Below are positions 40,427-50,562 of a DNA stretch of 64,000 nucleotides, in pieces (the stretch's first letter is position 1; each line of letters begins with the position of its first letter). Location of the stretch: contig CAWDLX010000013.1 in the NCBI GenBank assembly GCA_963803345.1, positions 133,804 to 197,803 of the forward strand, read 5' to 3'. The DNA is from an uncultured Actinomycetota bacterium. Lineage in GTDB: Bacteria; Actinomycetota; Actinomycetes; Mycobacteriales; Micromonosporaceae. Below the pieces are notes generated by a model. That model was not told the origin of the DNA and ran no database searches. It was given only the letters and a program-made list of their open reading frames with translations. A program made the translations under genes and the position numbers.

Positions 40427-41072
40427 ATGAACATCGGCGTTCTGGGCACCGGCGTGGTCGGCCGGTCGTTGGCCACCCGGCTGGTCGAGGTGGGTCATCG
40501 GTGGCGCTCGGCACCCGTGATCCGGCCGCCGAAGGACCGCGCCAATGGCTGGCCCGGGTCGGGCCGGCCCGCGGGCGGCTGGGTACGTTCGCCGAGGCGG
40601 CCACGTTCGGGGCTCTGGTGGTGAACGCGACCTCCGGAGCCGCGTCGATCGCCGCGCTCAAGCTCGCCGGGGAGCGCAACCTGCACGGCAAGGTACTCAT
40701 CGACGTGGCCAACCCGCTCGACGCGGTGGACGCAGTGCCGTCGCTGTCGGTGGTCAACACGGACAGCCTGGGCGAGCAGATCCAGCGCTCCTTCCCCGAG
40801 GCCCGGGTGGTCAAGGCGCTCAACACGGTCAACGCCGAGGTGATGACCCATCCCGGTCGGCTGGCGAGGAGCACACGATGTTCGTCGCCGGGGACGATGC
40901 CGAGGCCAAGGCGACAGTCGCCGACCTGCTCCGGTCGTTCGGTTGGAAGTCCATTCTGGACATCGGTGGGATCTCCGGCGCGCGGGGCATGGAGACCTAC
41001 ATGCTGCTGTGGCTGGCGCTGGCGCAGACCCAGGGAACTGTCGCGTTCAACGTGAGGATCGTTCGCGCATGA
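40427..41072 (+). pseudogene. NADPH-dependent F420 reductase-like oxidoreductase, frameshifted
   Basis: MNIGVLGTGVVGRSLATRLVEVGH (ORF 39938-40624 frame, ATG 40427). ...GTFAEAATFGALVVNATSGAASIAALKLAGERNLHGKVLIDVANPLD...ARVVKALNTVNAEVMTHPG (ORF 39910-41055). ...HTMFVAGDDAEAKATVADLLRSFGWKSILDIGGISGARGMETYMLLWLAL...* (ORF 40545-41072). Confidence 0.65.
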
Positions 41073-42658
41073 CATCCAGCTACGACGCGGTCATCATCGG
41101 TGGTGGCCACAATGGACTGGTTGCCGCCGCCTACCTGGCCCGGGCCGGACGCCGGGTGGTCGTCCTCGAGCGGCGCGATGTCGTCGGCGGAGCAGCCGTG
41201 ACCGAGCAGCCGTTCGGGCCGGACTACCGGGTGACCTCACTGTCCTATGTGGTGAGTCTGTTCCCGCCCGACATGGTCCGTGACCTCGACCTGACGGCGC
41301 ACGGGTACCACGTGTATCCGCAGGGTCCCTACTTCGCTCCGCGCCGAGACGGCCGGGCGCTGCACCTGTCCGACGATCCGCGGCTGCGACGCGAGCAGAT
41401 CGCGGCGTTCGCGCCGGCCGATGCCGGGGCCTACGAGCGGTGGAACGCCTGGCTCGGCGGGCTCGGCGCACTGGTCGGTCCGCTGCTGTCGACCATCCCG
41501 CCCCGGGTGGGCTCGCACCGGCCGGCCGATCTGGTCAGCCAGGCCGGCCTGCTGCGGACCGGGCGCAAGGTCGACGTGCGTACGGCGTACGACCTGACCA
41601 AGCTTTTCACCACCTGCCTGGCCGACCTGCTCGAGGACCGGTTCTCCTCCGACGCCCTGCGCGGGGTCCTCAGCGTCTCCGGAGTCATCGGTACCTGGGC
41701 CGGACCGCGCAGCCCGGGTACGGCGTACGTCGCCCTGCATCACCACATCGGTGAGACGACGTGGGGCTTCCCGCGCGGCGGCATGGGCGGGGTGACCCAG
41801 GCGATCGCCGGCGCGGCCCGACAGTTCGGGGCCGAGATCCGTACCGGGGCCGGCGTGGTCCGGGTCGAGATCGGCAATGGGCGGGTGCGCGGGGTCACGC
41901 TCGCCGCCGGCACCCAGATCTCGGCGCCCGTGGTGATCACGACCGCCCACCCCCGGATCTTCCTTCCTCGAGCTGGTCGGCCGGGAGCAGCTGCCAGCCG
42001 ACTTCGTGGCCGACATCGAGGCGTGGCGGAGCCGGTCGGGCACGGTCAAGGTGAACTATCGCGGTCGACCGGCTGCCCGTGTTCACCGCCCATCCCGAGC
42101 CCGACCCCGAGGTGTACGGCGGCACGATCGTGCTGGCCGAGTCGCTCGACGACATCGAGACCGCGTTCCAGGACGCGGTGGCTGGACGGGCCGCCGAGCT
42201 GCCGTTCGCCGACATGTGCATCCCGAGCGTGCTCGACCCGACCCTGGCGCCGGAGGGCCACCACATCGTCAGCGCCTTCACCCAGTGGGTGCCGCACGGC
42301 TGGGTCGACGATCCGCACGCGGACGAACTGGACGCGTACGCCGACCGCCTCACCGCCCGGCTGGAGGCGGTCGCGCCCGGGTTCACCGACTCGATCGTCG
42401 GGCCGCCAGGTCATCGGCCCGGACACGATGCAGTCCGAGTACGGGCTGGTGGGCGGAAACATCTTCCACGGCGAGCTGACGGTCGGGCAGATGTTCCACT
42501 GCCGCCCGGCGGCGGGCTACGCCGACCTGCGCACCCCGGTACGGGGGTTGTACCAGGCCGGCAGCGCCACCCACGGCGGTGGCGGCGTGACCGGCATACC
42601 CGGCCGCAACGTCGTCCGCCAGGTACTGCGCGATCAGCGGGGGCTGCGCCGGCGCTGA
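41069..42658 (+). pseudogene. phytoene desaturase family NAD(P)/FAD-dependent oxidoreductase, frameshifted
   Basis: ATG 41069 overlaps the upstream stop (ATGA). MTSSYDAVIIGGGHNGLVAAAYLARAGRRVVVLERRDVVGGAAV... is intact to about 41960 (ORF 40943-42658). The middle part is in ORF 42079-42744 (VFTAHPEPDPEVYGGTIVLAESLDDIETAFQDAVAGRAAELPFADMCIPSVLDPTLAPEGHHIV...). It returns to the first frame for IGPDTMQSEYGLVGGNIFHGELTVGQMFHCRP...GLYQAGSATHGGGGVTGIPGRN. Confidence 0.75.
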
Positions 42659-42822
42659 AACTCGCGGACCTCCCGGCCGCCACCCGCATGGCACCATGGT
42701 GCACGAGCCGCGCGGACGAGGAGGCACAAGCCGACAGCGAGTGAGGATCGCAGGGCCGCCAGGCCCGAGGACCGGAGCGAGCGCGCGGCCGAGGACCGGA
42801 GCGAGCGGGCGGACGAGGAGGC

Positions 42823-43817
42823 ATGGTGCACATGAGTCAGCAGGGGTGGTATCCGCCGCCACCGGACGAGCTGCGCCCGATCGCCCCGCAGCGAGGCTGG
42901 GTCGAGCGGCTGCTCGGGATCTCCGATCGCGGCGGAGCCACGTCCGTCGCGGTCCTCGTCGGGGCGCTCGGGGCGGCGGCGTTCGTCGGCTCCCTCGCCT
43001 ACGGCTGGCAGAAGGAGGTCGTCGATCTCACCTCCAGCTCCGGCGGCAGCGGCAACGATGCCGCCGTGAGCACGATGACGTTCGACGTCTCACCCGCCTC
43101 GGTCGCCGGCCTCGGTACCGTCTACGTGCTGGCGATGGTCGGGTTGCTGGCCGTCGTCGGCGTCGCCGTGTCGTGGCAGTATCTGGCGCTGCGGCTGCGG
43201 GTGATCTCCAGCGGCGTCGGGGTGGGGCTGATCGGGGTGCTGATCGCCCTGACCATCCGGATGCCGTCGACCGCCGGGCAGGCCGAGGGGGCGGGCCTGT
43301 TGCCGGTCGAAGTGCGGGACCGCATCACCACGACGCAATCGGCCGGGCTCTACTTCGCCTACCTGGCGGTGGCGCTGCTGGTCGCCTCGACCTGGCTGGC
43401 CGGGCCGTCGTTGCGCCGGTCGGCCGCCGGAACCGCCTGGGCGCCCGCGGCGCCCCCAACGGGAATGTACCCGCCGCACGCCGAGGAATGTACCCGCCGC
43501 ACCCGGGAGCGCCGGCCCATCCGGGCGTCGCGGCCTATCCAGGCGCCCCCGCCCCGGCGGAGCCGCCGGGCGCGTCCGTCGGGTCCGGCCAGCCGGGGGC
43601 GTCCGTCGGGTCCGGCCAGCCAGGCGCGGGGTCGTCCGTGTCCGGGCCGCCGGCACCGATGCCGCCACCGGCCACCCCGGCACCGTCCATTCAGGACGCG
43701 TCCGGCGACGTGCCACCGCCGTACCCGTACCAGCGGGGAACGGTGAACGGCCTCACCGTCTCGCCGGCCGAACCGATCGACGTTGCCCTCTTCCGGGGAG
43801 AGCAGTTCCCACGATGA
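42823..43817 (+). pseudogene. multi-pass membrane protein with Pro-rich C-terminal tail (hypothetical), frameshifted
   Basis: ORF 42823-43746: MSQQGWYPPPPDELRP..., 4 hydrophobic helices (VAVLVGALGAAAFVGSLAY; VYVLAMVGLLAVVGVAV; VGVGLIGVLIALTI; LYFAYLAVALLVASTWL). The tail continues in ORF 42696-43817: MYPPHPGAPAHPGVAAYPGAPAPAEPPGASVGSGQPGASVGSGQP...PPPYPYQRGTVNGLTVSPAEPIDVALFRGEQFPR*. The start is ATG 42823 or 42832. Confidence 0.5.
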
Positions 43818-43874
43818 CCGCCGGTCCCATATCCGGGTGAGGACCGCCCGGCCCGACCGGTAGGCTCGTCGACT

Positions 43875-45137
43875 GTGATCGACCTGCGACTGCTGCGTGA
43901 TGACCCGGACACCGTCCGGGCCAGCCAGCGCGCCCGGGGCGAGTCGGAGGCCGTCGTCGACGATCTCCTGCGCGCGGACGAGGAGCGCCGGGCGGCCCTG
44001 CAGACGTTCGAATCGCTGCGCTCCGAGCAGAAGCAGCTTTCGGGCCAGGTACGTACGGCCACGGGCGCCGAGCGCGATGAGCTTCTGGCCCGTACCAAGG
44101 GGCTCGCGGCCCGGGTGAAGACGGCCGAGGCAGCGGCCGGCGGGGCCGAGGCGACGTTCCGGCGCGCCCAGTTCGCCGTGTCGAACCTGGTCGGGGCGGA
44201 TGTTCCCGCCGGCGGCGAGGACGACTATGTCGTGCTCCGGGAGGTCGGGACCCGACCCGAGATCGAGAATCCGCGCGACCACCTGGAGCTGGGCGAGCTG
44301 CTCGGCGCGATCGACGCCGAGCGGGGCGCCAAAGTGTCGGGCAGCCGGTTCTACTTCCTGACCGGCGTCGGCGCCCTCCTGCAGCTCGGCATGCTCCAGC
44401 TGGCTATGCAGCTGGCCGTGGAGAACGGGTTCACCCCAGTGGTCACCCCGGTGCTGGTCAAGCCGGAGTCGATGGAAGGCACCGGCTATCTGGGCGCCCA
44501 CGCCAGCGAGGTGTACCGGCTGGAGGCGGACGACCTCTACCTGGTCGGCACCTCGGAGGTGGCCCTGGCGGCGTATCACAGCAACGAGATCCTCGACCTT
44601 CCGGTCGGCCAGCCGCGGCGCTATGCCGGCTGGTCGTCGTGCTTCCGGCGGGAGGCCGGGTCGCACGGCCGCGACGTACGGGGCATCATCCGGGTGCATC
44701 AGTTCGACAAGGTCGAGATGTTCTCGTACTGCCGACCGGAGCAGGCGCAGGACGAACACCTGCGGTTGCTGGCCTGGCAGGAGGAGATGCTCGCCAAGGT
44801 CGAGCTTCCGTACCGGGTGATCGACGTGGCCGCCGGCGATCTGGGAACCTCGGCCGCCCGTAAGTTCGACTGCGAGGCGTGGCTGCCCTCGCAGGGCCGG
44901 TACCTCGAGCTGACCTCCACGTCGAACTGCACCACATTCCAGGCCCGCCGGCTCGGGGTGCGCTATCGCGACGATGCGGGCAAGCCGCAGGTCGCGGCCA
45001 CCCTGAACGGCACGCTGGCCACCACGCGCTGGCTCGTGACGATTCTCGAGAACCATCAGCAGCCGGACGGTTCGGTGGCCGTCCCGAAGGCGTTGCAGCC
45101 CTACGTCGGGGGACGTGACCTGCTCGAGCCTCGTTAG
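43875..45137 (+). CDS. serS: serine--tRNA ligase
   Basis: Intact 420-aa ORF: [12 protein letters not shown]..., coiled-coil arm, class II motifs [43 protein letters not shown] and [16 protein letters not shown], then [17 protein letters not shown]. Confidence 0.97.
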   Translation: MIDLRLLRDDPDTVRASQRARGESEAVVDDLLRADEERRAALQTFESLRSEQKQLSGQVRTATGAERDELLARTKGLAARVKTAEAAAGGAEATFRRAQFAVSNLVGADVPAGGEDDYVVLREVGTRPEIENPRDHLELGELLGAIDAERGAKVSGSRFYFLTGVGALLQLGMLQLAMQLAVENGFTPVVTPVLVKPESMEGTGYLGAHASEVYRLEADDLYLVGTSEVALAAYHSNEILDLPVGQPRRYAGWSSCFRREAGSHGRDVRGIIRVHQFDKVEMFSYCRPEQAQDEHLRLLAWQEEMLAKVELPYRVIDVAAGDLGTSAARKFDCEAWLPSQGRYLELTSTSNCTTFQARRLGVRYRDDAGKPQVAATLNGTLATTRWLVTILENHQQPDGSVAVPKALQPYVGGRDLLEPR

Positions 45138-45250
45138 CACGAGGTCTACCTCAACGGCATGGCCGGGTTGGCGGGCGGCGGGTATCGTTGCTGACCCGCC
45201 ACCCGGCCGAACCTGTTGCCGGGGGCGCGGTACGGCACAGGAGGGCACCC

Positions 45251-46066
45251 ATGCCCGATTTCCCGGCGATCGTGGCCACCGATCTCGACGGCACCCTCGT
45301 GCGCGGTGACGAGACCGTCTCCGACCGCTCGATCACGGTGCTGCGCAAGGTCCGGGAGGCCGGCATGACCGTGGTCGGCGTCACCGGCCGCGGCCCGCGC
45401 CTCATCGAACTCTGCCGCCGGGACATGCCCGAGGCCGACTTCCTCGTCCTGGCCCAGGGCGCTTACGTCGTCGACCAGCGACCCGAGCTTGACGAGCCGC
45501 GGGTGCTGCACCGCGCCCGGATCGCTGGCGCCGATGTCGCCGCCGCACTGGCCATTCTCGAAGCCGAGGTCGGGCATCTCAGCGTGCTTGTCGAGGCGGG
45601 CGAGGCGCCCCGTACCCCCCTGTGGGGCGACCACGACGTCGTCTGGCCCTATCCCGAGTGGATCCCCTACGACCGCGCGACGGCCTTGTCCGGCGACGTC
45701 TTCAAGGCATTCGCCCACGCCGAGCACCTCGACGCCGACGAGCTGCTCGCCATCGGCCGCGAGCTGATCCCGACTCACCTGGCCACGCTCACGCAGGCTG
45801 GACTGGGCTACGTCGAACTGACCGCCCCGGGCGTGGACAAGGCGTCGGGTCTGGCCGTCGTCGCCACCACTGTCGGTGCGGGGCCGGACGAGGTACTCGT
45901 GTTCGGCGACATGCCCAACGACGTTCCGATGTTCTGCTGGGCCCGTTGGCGCCGAGTAGCCGTGGCGAACGCCCACCCCGAGATCCTCGCCCTCGCCGAC
46001 GAGGTGACCGCCAGCAATGACGACGACGGTGTGGCCACCTGGCTCGAGCGCATGCTCTCCACGTGA
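45251..46066 (+). CDS. Cof-type HAD-IIB family hydrolase
   Basis: ATG 45251 inside ORF 45188-46066: IVATDLDGTLVRGDETVS (motif I), VVGVTGRG, GVDKASGL, VLVFGDMPNDVPMF (motif IV). Confidence 0.85.
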   Translation: MPDFPAIVATDLDGTLVRGDETVSDRSITVLRKVREAGMTVVGVTGRGPRLIELCRRDMPEADFLVLAQGAYVVDQRPELDEPRVLHRARIAGADVAAALAILEAEVGHLSVLVEAGEAPRTPLWGDHDVVWPYPEWIPYDRATALSGDVFKAFAHAEHLDADELLAIGRELIPTHLATLTQAGLGYVELTAPGVDKASGLAVVATTVGAGPDEVLVFGDMPNDVPMFCWARWRRVAVANAHPEILALADEVTASNDDDGVATWLERMLST

Positions 46067-46075
46067 TGCTCCGGC

Positions 46076-46131
46076 GAAGGAAGGGCACCTTGTTAACGCT
46101 TGCGGTATAGGAAGGTGCCCTTCTTAACGGG
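46076..46131. repeat. 56-nt dispersed palindromic element, copy A
   Basis: GAAGGAAGGGCACCTTGTTAACGCTTGCGGTATAGGAAGGTGCCCTTCTTAACGGG. It contains a perfect 12-bp inverted repeat: GAAGGGCACCTT (46080-46091) and AAGGTGCCCTTC (46112-46123), with a 20-nt loop. Copy B at 53693-53748 matches at about 50 of 56 positions. Confidence 0.85.
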
Positions 46132-46234
46132 GCGCGGGCCAGCGTAACGGGGCGCGGGCGAGCGCGGACGGGGCGCGGGCCAGCGCGGACGGGGCGCGGG
46201 CGGGCGGGGCGGGGCGGGCGGGGGCGGGGTGGGG
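46127..46234. repeat. GC-rich 20-21-bp minisatellite ending in a G-tract run
   Basis: Units ACGGGGCGCGGGC(C/G)AGCG(TA/CGG) at 46127-46146, 46147-46167 and 46168-46188, with a fourth degenerating. Then GGGCGGGCGGGGCGGGGCGGGCGGGGGCGGGGTGGGG up to the bpa stop codon. Confidence 0.85.
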
Positions 46235-46846
46235 TCAGAGGTACTGGCCGGTGCGGCCGGTCTCGCCTTCGCCGGGCTGGCCGGGTGCGCTCGGGTGGCC
46301 GCCGGGCGGCATCATGCCGGGCATGCCGGACGACGGGCCGACCGGGAGTGCGGGCCGGCCCCGCATCTGCTCGAGCTGCATGCGGGCCGCCATCTGCTGA
46401 GCCACCAGGGTGGCCTGGATGCCGTGGAAGAGGCCCTCGAGCCAGCCGACCAGCTGAGCCTGGGCCATCCGCAGCTCCGCGTCACTGGGAGTGGCACCCT
46501 CCTCGAACGGCAGGGAGAGCCGGTCGAGCTCCTCCACCAGTTCGGGTGCGAGGCCGCTCTCCAGCTCGACGATCGAACGCCGGTGGATCTCGGTGAGCCG
46601 CTGGCGGGCCTTCTCGTCGAGCGGGGCGGACTTCACCTCGTCCAAGAGCTGCTTGATCATGCTGCCGATCCGCATCACCTTGGCCGGCTGCTCGATCAGG
46701 TTCGACGGGTCCTCTTCGGACCGGCTGCCGTCCGCCTGGGTCGCGTCAACCTCGAGTGTGCCCACCGGTCGCCCGTCCGGACCGACCACCACGACGGTCC
46801 GCTGGGTCCCGTCGCCGCTCGGGTGCGGTGTCTCGGTCATGCTCAA
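46235..46846 (-). CDS. bpa: bacterial proteasome activator Bpa/PafE
   Basis: Intact 203-aa ORF: LIEQPAKVMRIGSMIKQLLDEVKSAPLDEKARQRLTEIHRRSIVELESGLAPELVEELDRLSLPF...AELRMAQAQLVGWLEGLFHGIQATLVAQQMAA. It ends in the GQYL proteasome-docking motif, as in M. tuberculosis Rv3780. Confidence 0.9.
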   Translation of the reverse strand: MSMTETPHPSGDGTQRTVVVVGPDGRPVGTLEVDATQADGSRSEEDPSNLIEQPAKVMRIGSMIKQLLDEVKSAPLDEKARQRLTEIHRRSIVELESGLAPELVEELDRLSLPFEEGATPSDAELRMAQAQLVGWLEGLFHGIQATLVAQQMAARMQLEQMRGRPALPVGPSSGMPGMMPPGGHPSAPGQPGEGETGRTGQYL

Positions 46847-46897
46847 CCCTCACTCTGTGTCTAGGAGGTCTGATCACCTCACGATAGCGTCGGCGCC

Positions 46898-47725
46898 GTG
46901 GCGTCCGACTCCCGCTCCGTACTGACCCGCTCCGCCCGACCTCCCGACCGCATGCTGTCCTATGGCCCGAACTCCGAGCAGGTCATCGATGTCTGGCTCG
47001 CACCGGCAATGCCCGCACACCCGGCCGGGAAACCCGACGATCTGCTGATCTTCCTGCACGGCGGCTTCTGGCGCTCGGGCTATGACCGGGCCCACGTCGC
47101 CCCCCTGGCCGAGGCGTTCGCCGACCTCGGCTGGACGGTGGCCACCCCGGAGTACCGCCGTACCGGCCGTACCGGCGGCGGCTGGCCGACCACGTTCGAT
47201 GACGTGCGGGTCGCGGTCGCCACCCTGCTGTCCGAGTCGGGTGGTGACCGGGTCGTGGTAGCCGGGCATTCGGCTGGCGGGCAGCTGGCCCTCTGGGTGG
47301 CGGGTGAGGTCGCCGTGTCGGCGGTGGTCGCGCTCGCCCCGGTCGCCGACCTGCGAGCCGCCTACGATCTTGACCTCGATGGCGGAGCGGTGGCCGACCT
47401 GCTCGACGGCGGACCCCACGCCGTGCCGGAGCGCTACGCCGCCGCTGACCCGATGGCCCGCCGGCCCGTGCCGGTACCCGTGACGCTGGTTCACGGCGAC
47501 CGTGATCTCCACGTACCGGTGTCGTTCTCACAACACTACGCCGCCGGCTACGAGTCATCCGTGCGTCTGGAGATCCTGGCGGGGGTTGACCACTTCGCGG
47601 TGATTGATCCGCAATCGGCGGCCTGGCCGGCCGTGGTCGGCGCGGTCGATGGAGATCAGCCGGCCCGGGTACCCACGTTGACGCGTCCGGGGCGCACGGC
47701 GGTAAAACCCCCGTGGGACCGGTGA
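46898..47725 (+). CDS. alpha/beta hydrolase (esterase/formamidase-like)
   Basis: Intact 275-aa ORF: LLIFLHGGFWRSGYD (oxyanion HGG), VVVAGHSAGGQLAL (GxSxG nucleophile), VHGDRDLHVP, GVDHFAVID. Confidence 0.8.
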   Translation: MASDSRSVLTRSARPPDRMLSYGPNSEQVIDVWLAPAMPAHPAGKPDDLLIFLHGGFWRSGYDRAHVAPLAEAFADLGWTVATPEYRRTGRTGGGWPTTFDDVRVAVATLLSESGGDRVVVAGHSAGGQLALWVAGEVAVSAVVALAPVADLRAAYDLDLDGGAVADLLDGGPHAVPERYAAADPMARRPVPVPVTLVHGDRDLHVPVSFSQHYAAGYESSVRLEILAGVDHFAVIDPQSAAWPAVVGAVDGDQPARVPTLTRPGRTAVKPPWDR

Positions 47726-47753
47726 CGGACCGTGTCCGTGCTGGGGAGGAAAT

Positions 47754-48928
47754 GTGTCCACAATGGACCGGCGCCAGGTTCTGCGGCTGATCGGCGCACT
47801 CGCCGCCGCGGGTGTTACCGGAGCTGGCGCGGCCTGCACGGCCAATACCGCCGACGGCCCCGGCATGGCGCTACCCAACGGCAAACGCATCACGGTCGGT
47901 CTGGTCGCCCCGGCCGTCGGCGCCTATGCCAAGGTCGGCGACGAGATCACCAAGGGCTTCCAGCTCTACCTGAGCGAGCACGACCGCCTGCTCGGGCTGT
48001 ACGCCGTCGACGTGAAGGTGGTCGACGAGGGCGCGAACGTGAACGACGCCACCCGGGCCGTCAAGGGACTGTTCGCCGACAAGGTGCTCGCGGTGGCCGG
48101 TGTGGCCAACCCGCTCGCCCTGGCCGCGATCGTGCCGGAAGCGGCGAAGGCGAAGATCCCCGTACTGAGCGCGAACGCGGCTCCGGCCAGCCTGGGCGCC
48201 ACCGAGTTCGTCTGGCAGGCGTCCTCGGTCGAGGGTGAGGCCGGCCGGGCGGCCGCCACCTTCGCCCGTGCCAAAGGCAGCCGGGCCTACGTGCTCAGCG
48301 ACGGAACGCCCTCGGCCAAGGTCGAATCCGGCGGGTTCCAGAGCCAGTTCACCGCGCTGAAGGGCTCCATCGTCGACGTCTCCGAGGGCGCGGGCGGAGT
48401 CGTCGGACGCCTCAACGACGCCCTCGATGCGAATCCCGACGTGATCTTCGCCGCCCACAACGGCGACTCGGCCGTGGCCGTGCTCGCCGCCTACCGGGCG
48501 GCCGGGACCGAGATCAGCCTGGTCGGCCCCGGCTCCCTGACCGAGTCGATCGACCTCAGCAAGCTCTCGCCGCTCCCGACCGGGGTGTACACGGCCATGT
48601 TCTACGCGCCGGACCTCGAGAATCCCGACAACGAGCGATTCGTCGCCAGCTACCACAACACTCACGGGGTGCCGCCCAGTTCGGCGGCAGCGGCGGCCTA
48701 CGACACCGCCGGACTGCTCGACCGGGCGCTGCGGGTGGTCGAGGGCGACGCCGACCCGGACAAGCTGAACGACGCCATGGGCATCCTCGGGCAGATCAAC
48801 AGCCCGCGCGGCACCTGGACGTTCAACACCGCCGCATCGCCGCAGCAGACGTGGTACCTGCGCGAGCTCGCATGGACGGCCAGGTGCCGTCCAACCTGCT
48901 CGACAGCGACCTCGCCGTGCTCAGCTGA
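47754..48928 (+). pseudogene. ABC transporter substrate-binding lipoprotein (LivJ / branched-chain amino acid type), 3' frameshift
   Basis: ORF 47754-49247: Tat-like signal plus lipobox (MDRRQVLRLIGALAAAGVTGAGAAC), then ITVGLVAPAVGAYAKVGDEITKGFQLYL... and a type I periplasmic binding fold up to ...QQTWYLRE. It slips near 48870 to ...MDGQVPSNLLDSDLAVLS* (TGA 48926-48928). No permease or ATPase genes are adjacent. Confidence 0.75.
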
Positions 48929-49070
48929 CCCGGCCCTGACCGACCACCCAACGGTCGGCGCCGGTGCCGTGCCGGATATTTCGAAAAGCCGGGCGAGCGG
49001 GGGCTGGGTCGGGGCCCATCCTGTCCCGTCGGACAAGTCGGACATCGCCGATAGGCGCCGGCGCGAACGG

Positions 49071-49795
49071 TCAGTCGGGAACCCGGGCGACCGTGAAGAC
49101 AGACTGGCCGAAGGGGCTGCCGTAGCGGTCGGCGAATCGGGCGACCGGGACAGCCAGCCGGTCGTAGAGGCGCAGCAGCGGGCCGTTGCGCGGGGACATC
49201 GCAGGCCTTGGCGGCGACGTACCAGCTCAGCAGCCCGACCGGGTTGATGTAGCGTAACTGCTCGACCGTGAGCCCGGCAGTGGTCAGCGCGCCGCCGAGG
49301 CTCGCCCTGGTGTAGCGCCGCTGGTGGCCGACCGGCCAGGTCGAATCGGGACATCGCCGACGGGAACGCCGGCACGACCAGCACAACCGCGCCACCCGGC
49401 TCGACGACGTCGCCAGGCTGCTAGAGCGCCCACATCATCCGGAATGTGCTCGAAAACATTGAACGAGACAGCGGCGGAATGTGTCGGCGAACGCGATGGA
49501 GGCAGTCGAGCCGTCGCCAGCAGCAAGCGGCATGTCCGGATCACGGGGTGCCCGGTCGAAGCGTTCGGCCAGCGCCCGGTAGCGCTCCGGGTCCTCGCCC
49601 TCGGTGACGGTGAAAGTGGTGCAACCGGTCTACCCATTCCAGGGCATAGTCGCCATTGCCCGATCCGATCTCAATGGGGTGTTCGCCTAGATATGGTCGA
49701 GCGAGATCAGCCAGCCAGCGGCGGTACCGCCGAGCGTCGGAGAGGTCTTCCAGCACCTGGTCCTGCAAACGCGAATCCCCGGTTACCTTGCCCAC
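49071..49795 (-). pseudogene. class I SAM-dependent methyltransferase, frameshifted
   Basis: GTG at comp. 49793-49795. VGKVTGDSRLQDQVLEDLSDARRYRRWLADLARPYLGEHPIEIGSGNGDYALEWV carries motif I (ORF 49541-50077). ...SFNVFEHIPDDVGAL (ORF 49284-49637). ...GHQRRYTRASLGGALTTAGLTVEQLRYINPVGLLSWY (ORF 48823-49395). C-terminus ...LLRLYDRLAVPVARFADRYGSPFGQSVFTVARVPD* (stop comp. 49071-49073). Confidence 0.65.
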
Positions 49796-49852
49796 GCCGT
49801 ACACTCTGCCAGACACCCCGGGGGCGCATGCGCCGCGTCCGCTGGCAGGCAC

Positions 49853-50559
49853 TTGGAGCAGATCGTGAAGCTGTCCATCCTGATGCCGGTGTACAACGAG
49901 CAGGCGCTGATCGCCACCGCGGTGAAGCAGGCCCTCGACGTGGCGTACCCGTGCGAGATCGAGCTGATCGTCGTCGACGACGGCAGCAAGGACCGCACCG
50001 CGGAGATCCTCGCCGGCTTCGACGACCGCGGATGCGGCTGATCGTGCACAGCGCAACCAGGGCAAGGGCGCGGCCATCCGGACGGCCGCGGCCCAGCGCC
50101 ACCGGCGACTACATGGTGATCCTCGACGCGGACCTCGAGTACGACCCGCAGGACATCCCGCGGCTGCTCGAGCCGGTGCTCGACGGCCGGGCCGAGATCG
50201 TCTACGGCAGCCGGACGTTCGGCAGCCACAGCGCGTACTCGTTCTGGTACGTCATGGGCAACAAGGGCGTCACGACGGCCGCCAACATGATCTACAACTC
50301 GTATATCTCCGATCTGGAGACCTGCTTCAAGCTGATGCCGGTCCCGCTGTACCGGAGCCTGCACGTCCAGTCGCACGGGTTCGGCATGGAGGCCGAGGTC
50401 ACCGGCAAGCTGCTGCGCCGCAGGCTCCGCCCGTACGAGGTGCCGATCTCCTACCGTGCCCGTACCCGGGAGGAGGGCAAGAAGATCACCTGGCGGGACG
50501 GGGTCGAGGCGATCTGGATCCTGCTCCGGGAGCGGTTCCGCCGGCTACCCACGAAGTGA
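49853..50559 (+). pseudogene. glycosyltransferase family 2 protein, frameshifted
   Basis: ORF 49853-50041: VKLSILMPVYNEQALIATAVKQALDVAYPCEIELIVVDDGSKDRTAEIL. ORF 49324-50559, 3' part: GDYMVILDADLEYDPQDIPRLLEPVLDGRAEIVYGSR...DLETCFKLMP...GFGMEAEVTGKLLRRRLRPYEVPISY. There are two or more slips in 50030-50100. The start is TTG 49853 or GTG 49865. Confidence 0.75.
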
Positions 50560-50562
50560 TCC

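Noticed and set aside
43359-45248. 629-aa ORF antisense to serS.
   Set aside because: serS on the plus strand is intact and unmistakable. The antisense product is low-complexity (R/G/P/A-rich) with no recognisable motif.
46080-46123. Canonical Rho-independent terminator for the HAD gene or bpa.
   Set aside because: The 12-bp stem has a 20-nt loop and is not followed by a T-tract on either strand. It is reported as a repeat element instead.
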